From contig JAUYMS010000040.1 of the NCBI GenBank assembly GCA_030698625.1, positions 21,499 through 85,498 of the forward strand: a DNA stretch of 64,000 nucleotides, given 5' to 3'. The position numbers and the translations under genes are program-made. The DNA is from Candidatus Omnitrophota bacterium (GTDB lineage: Bacteria; Omnitrophota; Omnitrophia; Omnitrophales; Aquincolibacteriaceae). The notes under the pieces were generated by a model, which saw only the letters and a program-made list of their open reading frames with translations, ran no database searches and was not told the DNA's origin. Positions 57,863 to 64,000 of this stretch are shown here, one piece after another; within the stretch, counting starts at the first letter, position 1; every line of letters starts with the position of its first letter.

Positions 57863-59077
57863 ATGCTTCTGCTCAATCGCATTGCATTAGGGGCAATTCT
57901 CGGCATTGTTTTTTTTATTCCAATTTCATCGGCCGCAATCGAGAGTTTTTTCGGCGTCCTGGGTATTTGCGCAGCCCTCCGTCTTTTGCACGTCAGGCCC
58001 TGTCTGGCTGACGTAAAATCTTTTTTTTGGAATCCGCTCCACGCCACTCTAACTGTATTTTATGTACTTCTCGGTATTTCCATTCTTGCCGCTGGCCCGC
58101 TCTGGCCCAAGAGCCTCGAGGCTTGGCTTACCAAGTGGGGGGAGTGGCTTCTCTTGTTCTGCTTAATTCGTCTATTCGTGCAACGGGAACATTTAAAGTG
58201 GATCTCCTACATCCTTGTCTTCACGGCTGCCCTGATTTGTGTCGACGGAATCTTTCAGAAAATAACGGGGTACGATTTCATTCGCGGTTTTGAGATCGTA
58301 CCGGCAAATTATTTTTTGCCGGTACGGGCCAGCTTACACCATTACAACCACTTCGGCGGCTATCTGGCTGTGATCTTTTTTATGATCACAGCGGTGCTCA
58401 TCAACGTGAAAGATCGCGCCAAATGTATCGCTTTAATTGGGCTACTTGGCTTAATCTTCGTCAATCTTCTCTTGTCTTATTCACGCGGCGCCTGGCTCGC
58501 CTTTGCTTCGGGTTGCCTCTGGTTTTTTGCCACTAGCCCCAAGCAAAAATTCAGCTACGCTATCCTAAGTCTGCTAGGCGCGTTGCTCGGCCTCATTTTT
58601 TTACATCCCGGATTAAGAGAACGGGCTGTTTACCTATTCACGAGCGGTGGAGACGAACAGAGATTTGAGGTCTGGAAGGCAGCCCTTCGTGTTTGGATGG
58701 AGTCACCGTATATCGGGCGCGGCCTGGGGCTGCTGATGGACTATCTCCCCGAGTACCTGAGCCAGACCCGAATTAAGGAGGTGTTCTGGGCCCAGTACGC
58801 CCACAACAGCTATCTGCAAATCCTCGTCGAATCAGGCCCCCTGGCCCTATTGAGCTTCTTGCTGGCGGCCCTCGGTATTCTCCTGAGAGGGTTCAGGGCC
58901 GCTAAAGGCTATAGCCCGGCTCATGCTCTAGTCGCCGCCTATGTGGTGCTTCTCGTGCACTGTTTTTTCGAGAATCATCTCTATTCACTCCAGTTATCAG
59001 CGCTGTTTTGGGTCTCTGCCGCGTTCGTCAGCCGGATACCCGAGCTTGGCCTTGGGGAGGGGCAAAAGAGCCATTAA
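57863..59077 (+). CDS. O-antigen ligase family protein (WaaL/PglL-like, Wzy_C)
   Basis: Multi-TM, HYNHFGGYL, SYSRGAW, R..VW..A, GRGLG, AHNSYLQ..E.G. Confidence 0.9.
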   Translation: MLLLNRIALGAILGIVFFIPISSAAIESFFGVLGICAALRLLHVRPCLADVKSFFWNPLHATLTVFYVLLGISILAAGPLWPKSLEAWLTKWGEWLLLFCLIRLFVQREHLKWISYILVFTAALICVDGIFQKITGYDFIRGFEIVPANYFLPVRASLHHYNHFGGYLAVIFFMITAVLINVKDRAKCIALIGLLGLIFVNLLLSYSRGAWLAFASGCLWFFATSPKQKFSYAILSLLGALLGLIFLHPGLRERAVYLFTSGGDEQRFEVWKAALRVWMESPYIGRGLGLLMDYLPEYLSQTRIKEVFWAQYAHNSYLQILVESGPLALLSFLLAALGILLRGFRAAKGYSPAHALVAAYVVLLVHCFFENHLYSLQLSALFWVSAAFVSRIPELGLGEGQKSH

Positions 59078-59083
59078 TTAGCG

Positions 59084-59111
59084 TTGATTTTTTCTCGTAA
59101 CTCGTTATAAT
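59084..59111 (+). promoter_or_regulatory. Putative sigma70 promoter
   Basis: TTGATT-16 bp-TATAAT upstream of ATG 59166. Confidence 0.55.
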
Positions 59112-59165
59112 AATTGGGCTAATAAAAATTTCGCCAACGCTCATCTTAACCCCTATCGGAAGCGC

Positions 59166-59675
59166 ATGAGTTCCGCATACGCCGCCTCGCCGCTACAAAA
59201 AATTGCGCCTGACGTACGCTTCGGTCGTGACGTGATCGTTCGTGATTTCGTCAATCTCTACGGCTGCGAGATCGGTGACGAATCGCAGATCGGCCCCTTT
59301 GTCGAAGTGCAGAAAAACGCACGCATAGGTAAGCGCTGCAAAATCTCCAGTCATTCCTTTATCTGTGAAGGAGTGACCATTGAGGATGGTGTCTTTTTAG
59401 GCCATGGCGTCATGTTCACCAATGGGAAATACCCTAGCGCCACCAATCCGGACGGCAGTTTGCAAACCGAGAAAGACTGGATCTGTGAGAAAACCCTTGT
59501 GAAAAAGGGTGCCTCGATCGGATCTGGGTCCTCGATTCTCTGCGGGATTACGATTGGCGAGAACGCGCTTATCGGTGCCGGCAGTGTGGTCACCCGCGAC
59601 ATTCCCGACGGCGCTCGTGCTTGCGGCAATCCCGCGCGTCTCATGCAAGGCGCCTCCGACATCGAAGGCCGCTGA
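59166..59675 (+). CDS. Hexapeptide-repeat N-acetyltransferase (WbpD/WxcM-like)
   Basis: FVNLYGCEIG, KISSHSFICEGV, VMFTN, GAGSVVTRD, GNPAR. Confidence 0.92.
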   Translation: MSSAYAASPLQKIAPDVRFGRDVIVRDFVNLYGCEIGDESQIGPFVEVQKNARIGKRCKISSHSFICEGVTIEDGVFLGHGVMFTNGKYPSATNPDGSLQTEKDWICEKTLVKKGASIGSGSSILCGITIGENALIGAGSVVTRDIPDGARACGNPARLMQGASDIEGR

Positions 59676-60478
59676 TGCTTCGGGATCTTTTTTCCTATCT
59701 CGGGAATCTTGTCAAAGAGAGGAGAATCATTTTCGAGCTGGCGAAGCGTGATTTCCGCGTACGCTACCTCGGCTCGTATCTTGGCATTCTGTGGGCATTT
59801 CTGCAGCCGGCCGTCTTTGTGTTCCTCCTCTGGTTCATTTTTCACCTCGGCTTTAGGAGCGCGCCGGTCAAGAACATGCCGTACATCCTCTGGCTGCTTC
59901 CCGCACTCATCCCGTGGTTCTTTTTCTCCGAAAGCTTGAGCAGCGCCACCAATGCCCTCATCGACAACAGCCACATCGTCAAGAAGGTAGTCTTTCAGGT
60001 CAATATCCTGCCGGTGATCAAGATCGTCTCTTCGCTGTACGTACACCTAGTCTTCGTCGGAATCCTCTTTGTGGTCTATGCCGCATCAGGCCGCTTTTCC
60101 TTGCCCGTCTTTATCCATGTTGCCTACTATCTGAGCGCCACAATTCTATTAGTTCTTGGGTTGTCATTTTTCACCGCTTCACTCGTGGTTTTTATTCGTG
60201 ACGTCACTCAGGTGATCGCGATTCTCCTGAATTTCGGCTTTTGGATGACCCCCATATTCTGGCATGTCGACCTTCTGCCCGAGAAGTACCAGAGCCTCAT
60301 GCGGCTAAACCCCGTCTATTACATCACGGAAGGATACCGCAATAGTTTTATGCAGCATGCGCCGACCGCGGCAGAACCTCTGTGGACACTTTACTTCTGG
60401 GCTGTGGTCCTCATAACATTCGTGACCGGTGCGATGTTTTTCAAGAGGCTTAAACCGCATTTCGCCGACGTGCTTTAG
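59675..60478 (+). CDS. wzm: Polysaccharide ABC transporter permease
   Basis: RDFRVRYLGSYLGILW, PWFFF, TPIFW, LNP, FADVL. Confidence 0.93.
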   Translation: MLRDLFSYLGNLVKERRIIFELAKRDFRVRYLGSYLGILWAFLQPAVFVFLLWFIFHLGFRSAPVKNMPYILWLLPALIPWFFFSESLSSATNALIDNSHIVKKVVFQVNILPVIKIVSSLYVHLVFVGILFVVYAASGRFSLPVFIHVAYYLSATILLVLGLSFFTASLVVFIRDVTQVIAILLNFGFWMTPIFWHVDLLPEKYQSLMRLNPVYYITEGYRNSFMQHAPTAAEPLWTLYFWAVVLITFVTGAMFFKRLKPHFADVL

Positions 60479-60488
60479 GAACGTGACG

Positions 60489-61838
60489 ATGACTGACAAC
60501 ACAGCCATTCGGGTGGAGGGGCTTTCAAAGATATACCGCCTCTATGACAAGCCCATAGACCGTCTGAAAGAGGCCCTTCACATTTTTCGCCGAAAATATC
60601 ACCGTGACTTCTTTGCCCTACAGGACGTCTCGTTTGAAATAAGAAAAGGGGAGAGCATCGGTATCATTGGGAGAAACGGCGCGGGAAAATCAACGCTTCT
60701 AAAAATTCTCACGGGCGTTCTGACTGCCAGCTCCGGCCGGGTCGATGTCACCGGAAAAGTTTCGGCCCTCCTGGAATTGGGGCTGGGCTTCAACCCCGAA
60801 ATGACTGGCATCGAAAACGTTCGCTTTGGCGGCGCGATCATGGGTTACTCAAAGGAGGCGTTTGAAGCGAAAATCGATGAGATCCTGTCTTTCGCCGATA
60901 TCGGGGAGTTTGTCCATCAACCCGTCAAGACGTATTCAAGCGGAATGTATGTACGACTCGCCTTTGCGTTGCAGATGTCCGTTGATCCCGACATCCTGAT
61001 CGTGGACGAAGCTCTGGCCGTGGGGGATGTCTTTTTCCAGGCGAAGTGCATGACCCGTCTGCGCCACATTATCGACAAGGGAGTAACGGTGCTGTTCGTA
61101 AGTCATGATACCAGTGTCGTCAAAAGCCTTTGCAGCAAAGCCCTGCTGCTCGACCGCGGCCGCTTACTTACCTTCGACCGCCCCGGTGCTGTTGCTGAAA
61201 CTTATTTCCGCATGAAAACACAGGCCGAGCAGCCCATACTCAGCCAGTTAGCTGGGGAGCCACGAAAGTTCGTGCCGACCGGCGAAGCCACGGGTGACGA
61301 ACTCTGGGATTCTTTTACGGCTGCCACGCAACCGTTTGAAGAGCGGGCCCGGTATGAGCGGATCAGCAACGGAAAAGCCTCATTCCGAAAAGTCGCTATT
61401 CTTGATGCTGCAGGGCAGGAGATCGAAGAGGCAAATTTCGGGCAGGAGATCACGCTTCGCATGGCCGTTGAAGCGCATGAAGACGTGCCTCAACTCGGAT
61501 ACAGTTACTGCATCGCAGACAGAAACATGCACAGAATCATTTATTCCGATAGCTATATTGAAAACGGCTCCCTTGAGAATGTCCGGGCGGGCGAACGTTT
61601 TATCGTCGATTGGAACTTCAAACTGCCACTACAGGCGGGGTCTTACAACGTCCTCGCGGCTCTGTCCATTCCTGTCAATCTCGAATTGCAGAAAGTGGTA
61701 TTTTGCGACCGTATCCCTATCGCCTGTCAATTTTTGCTCAACCGCGATCCTGCCTTTCACCTATATGCACCGGTAAAATTCGAACATCGCTTACGCATTC
61801 AGCGCATGACGGCGCAAGCGGCAACGGCTGGGAATTAA
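60489..61838 (+). CDS. wzt: Polysaccharide ABC transporter ATPase with Wzt_C carbohydrate-binding domain
   Basis: GRNGAGKST, YSSGMYVRL, DEALAVGD, VSHD; C-terminal beta domain with LQAGSY. Confidence 0.93.
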   Translation: MTDNTAIRVEGLSKIYRLYDKPIDRLKEALHIFRRKYHRDFFALQDVSFEIRKGESIGIIGRNGAGKSTLLKILTGVLTASSGRVDVTGKVSALLELGLGFNPEMTGIENVRFGGAIMGYSKEAFEAKIDEILSFADIGEFVHQPVKTYSSGMYVRLAFALQMSVDPDILIVDEALAVGDVFFQAKCMTRLRHIIDKGVTVLFVSHDTSVVKSLCSKALLLDRGRLLTFDRPGAVAETYFRMKTQAEQPILSQLAGEPRKFVPTGEATGDELWDSFTAATQPFEERARYERISNGKASFRKVAILDAAGQEIEEANFGQEITLRMAVEAHEDVPQLGYSYCIADRNMHRIIYSDSYIENGSLENVRAGERFIVDWNFKLPLQAGSYNVLAALSIPVNLELQKVVFCDRIPIACQFLLNRDPAFHLYAPVKFEHRLRIQRMTAQAATAGN

Positions 61839-61839
61839 A

Positions 61840-62670
61840 ATGAGCCGACCCATGTTTCTTATTATAGGCGCGCAGCGATCCGGTACATCGGCCTTACACA
61901 CATGCCTGTCCAGGCACCCCCTTCTTTTCGGGGCACCCGTTAAGGAGATCGGTTATTTTGCTTATAACTGCAAGTACGGTAGGGGTGACGAGTGGTATGA
62001 GCGCGAACTTGAACCTGGTAATATTGACGCCGCTCGTATGACTTTCGAAACTACCCCTGAGTATGCGTATTTCCCGTGGTGCGCAGAGAGAATCCACGTG
62101 TTTGATCCCAATATCCGGTTGATCATGCTGGTCCGTGATCCGGTAGACCGCGCCTATTCGGCGTGGCAGATGTTTCTCAACGCTTTCCGGCAGAGAGCTG
62201 CATGGCTCGTCGAATATCTTTCCGGCATTGACTCAAGCATCAGCGAACCCTTTTACCGCCTATTGGAGGCCCCCGAGCCACCTGACTTTGAGACCGCCGT
62301 CGCCGCCGAACTTTCAGGAGAGAACAACCTCCCGATAGAGCCCAGTTATATTCGCAGGGGACTTTACGGGCAGCAAATCGAGAGATACCTGGGACGATTC
62401 GGCCGCGACGCTATATTGATTCTGGATGCCGCACAATTCGCAACCCGTCCGGCCGAGACCCTTCACCGTGCGTGCCGTTTTCTCGAGATCCCGTATGACT
62501 CAAGCCTCTGCGAGCCGGTATCCCTTGTCAATCGGGGTGAGTACTCACAGCCCGTTCCTGTCGAGGCACAGGAGCAGCTCCGCGAATACTACCGCCCGCA
62601 TAACGAGGTCTTCTTCAACCTCATTGGGCAAGACTTCAGCTGGGCAAAGTCAGAGGCGGTTCGGCCGTGA
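61840..62670 (+). CDS. Sulfotransferase
   Basis: IIGAQRSGTS, KEIGYF, RDPVDRAYS, RGLY. Confidence 0.9.
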   Translation: MSRPMFLIIGAQRSGTSALHTCLSRHPLLFGAPVKEIGYFAYNCKYGRGDEWYERELEPGNIDAARMTFETTPEYAYFPWCAERIHVFDPNIRLIMLVRDPVDRAYSAWQMFLNAFRQRAAWLVEYLSGIDSSISEPFYRLLEAPEPPDFETAVAAELSGENNLPIEPSYIRRGLYGQQIERYLGRFGRDAILILDAAQFATRPAETLHRACRFLEIPYDSSLCEPVSLVNRGEYSQPVPVEAQEQLREYYRPHNEVFFNLIGQDFSWAKSEAVRP

Positions 62671-63416
62671 AGACATTGGATCTGCTCGACTATTGGAACA
62701 ACGCTGCAACGCAATCGATGTACGACAAGCATCTAGTTCGTGCAGAGTCAGACCTGACCATGAAGCATTTCCCCAAGATCATCTCACCCAAAATTCTGGA
62801 TGCGGGCTGCGGCGAAGGAGAAGGAACAGAAACCTATGCCTCCGTGAGGGGTGCGACCGTGCACGGCGTTGACTTCTCGGCCAGGCGTCTCGATCTCGCC
62901 CGGGCACGACTCTCGGAAAAATCTAACGTAACACTTTTCCGGCAGGACCTCACCGAAGCGGTTGGTCTTGTGCCCGACTACGACATTGTGATTTCACAAC
63001 GGTTTCTGATTAATATCCCCGAATGGGAGTTGCAGATGAAGGTGCTTAGACAACTCATGGGCCTACTCGCTCATCACGGCAGACTGCTCCTCCTTGAGGG
63101 GCATCAGGAAGGCGCCGCAGCACTTAACGAGTTTCGCGCTGCCGCGGGACTCGAACCGATCCCGGTAAAATGGCATAACGTCTTTCTGAGCGACACCCGA
63201 CTCAAGCGCTTCATGAAAGCGGAAGGGTATCGCCTGACGGCAGAGGATTCACTGGGCGCCTATTTTTTAATGACGCGCGGCATTCGTCCTATGCTGGACT
63301 CGAACCTTGACTGGGACTGCGACTTCAACCGCATTGCTTCCTCGCCTGAAATGATGCGCATGCTTACCGGCTGCGACCGGTACTCGCGATTAAAACTGTG
63401 GGTATATGAAAAATAA
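62667..63416 (+). CDS. Class I SAM methyltransferase
   Basis: LDAGCGEG, GVDFS, SQRFLIN. Confidence 0.88.
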   Translation: MKTLDLLDYWNNAATQSMYDKHLVRAESDLTMKHFPKIISPKILDAGCGEGEGTETYASVRGATVHGVDFSARRLDLARARLSEKSNVTLFRQDLTEAVGLVPDYDIVISQRFLINIPEWELQMKVLRQLMGLLAHHGRLLLLEGHQEGAAALNEFRAAAGLEPIPVKWHNVFLSDTRLKRFMKAEGYRLTAEDSLGAYFLMTRGIRPMLDSNLDWDCDFNRIASSPEMMRMLTGCDRYSRLKLWVYEK

Positions 63417-64000
63417 CCCCCTATACGTAACAAGGCCCTTTTGTGCGCCTCCCGAAGAATTCGCGGAAGAATATCGCCGAATGTCTGAAGCCGCCCGCTT
63501 CACGAATCACGGCAACTGCCATGAACGCCTTGAAAGAGAGCTCGCCGGGTATCTCGGAGTGCCGTATTTTTCACTAGTCAATAATGCAACGACGGGGCTC
63601 ATGATTGCATGCAAGGCGCTGAATCTCCGCGGCGAAGTCATCGTCAGCCCCTTCACGTTCCCCGCAACCGTTAATGCCCTCACGTGGTGCGGCCTCACAC
63701 CCGTCTTTGCTGACATCGCAGAGAAGAGCTTCAATCTTGATCCCCGGCGGGCCGAGGAAGCCGTCACGACTCGGACGAGTGCCATCCTTCCGGTTCATCT
63801 CTACGGTAACGTGTGCGACACGCGCGCCTTCGACGAGATCGCCCGCCGCCGCAAGCTCCGTCTTCTCTACGACGCAGCACACGCTTTCGGCGTAACTCGC
63901 GGTGACCTTCCCGTCGGCCGCTATGGTGACATATCGGTATTCAGTTTTCATGCGACAAAGCTCTTTCACACCGGCGAAGGCGGCGGCCTCAGCTGTAGGA
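63406..64000 (+). CDS. DegT/DnrJ/EryC1/StrS PLP aminotransferase (VioA-like), 3'-truncated by window; not in ORF track
   Basis: Manual translation: MKNNPLYVTRP...NNATTGL...PFTFPAT...PVHLYG...YDAAHAFG...SFHATK. Confidence 0.92.
   Translation, partial: MKNNPLYVTRPFCAPPEEFAEEYRRMSEAARFTNHGNCHERLERELAGYLGVPYFSLVNNATTGLMIACKALNLRGEVIVSPFTFPATVNALTWCGLTPVFADIAEKSFNLDPRRAEEAVTTRTSAILPVHLYGNVCDTRAFDEIARRRKLRLLYDAAHAFGVTRGDLPVGRYGDISVFSFHATKLFHTGEGGGLSCR

Noticed and set aside
63507-63969. Minus-strand ORFs at the right edge
   Set aside because: Antisense to the clear plus-strand aminotransferase starting at 63406

Overview
Bacterial window holding the 3' part of a very large secreted/surface-type hypothetical gene (open from base 1 to 4629, with internal repeats and an RSELR motif of the kind seen in Omnitrophota giant proteins; the taxonomy is inference) followed by a ~59-kb surface-glycan biosynthesis, modification and export locus that runs off the right edge. 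The locus contains a complete 2-hydroxyethylphosphonate (HEP) module (PEP mutase with EDKxxxxxNS motif, phosphonopyruvate decarboxylase, Fe-alcohol dehydrogenase), two kinds of cytidylyltransferase, three cobalamin-binding radical SAM enzymes, a LicD phosphotransferase, about 15 class I methyltransferase domains (six in fusions), four sulfotransferases, about 15 glycosyltransferase domains (including a GT15/KRE2-like one), GDP-mannose enzymes (Gmd, two tandem GME-like epimerases), Wzm/Wzt, an MsbA/PglK-like exporter and an O-antigen ligase. A RAYT-like HUH transposase is flanked by 29-30 bp hairpin inverted repeats; two exact orphan copies sit at module junctions and bracket the phosphonate module. 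Best candidate new systems: (1) a radical-SAM-tailored phosphonoglycan pathway and (2) repeat-delimited gene modules associated with a resident HUH transposase. Two ORFs absent from the supplied track were found: a 34-aa peptide (29734-29838) and a VioA-like aminotransferase (63406 to window end). All family calls are from motif recognition, not database searches.
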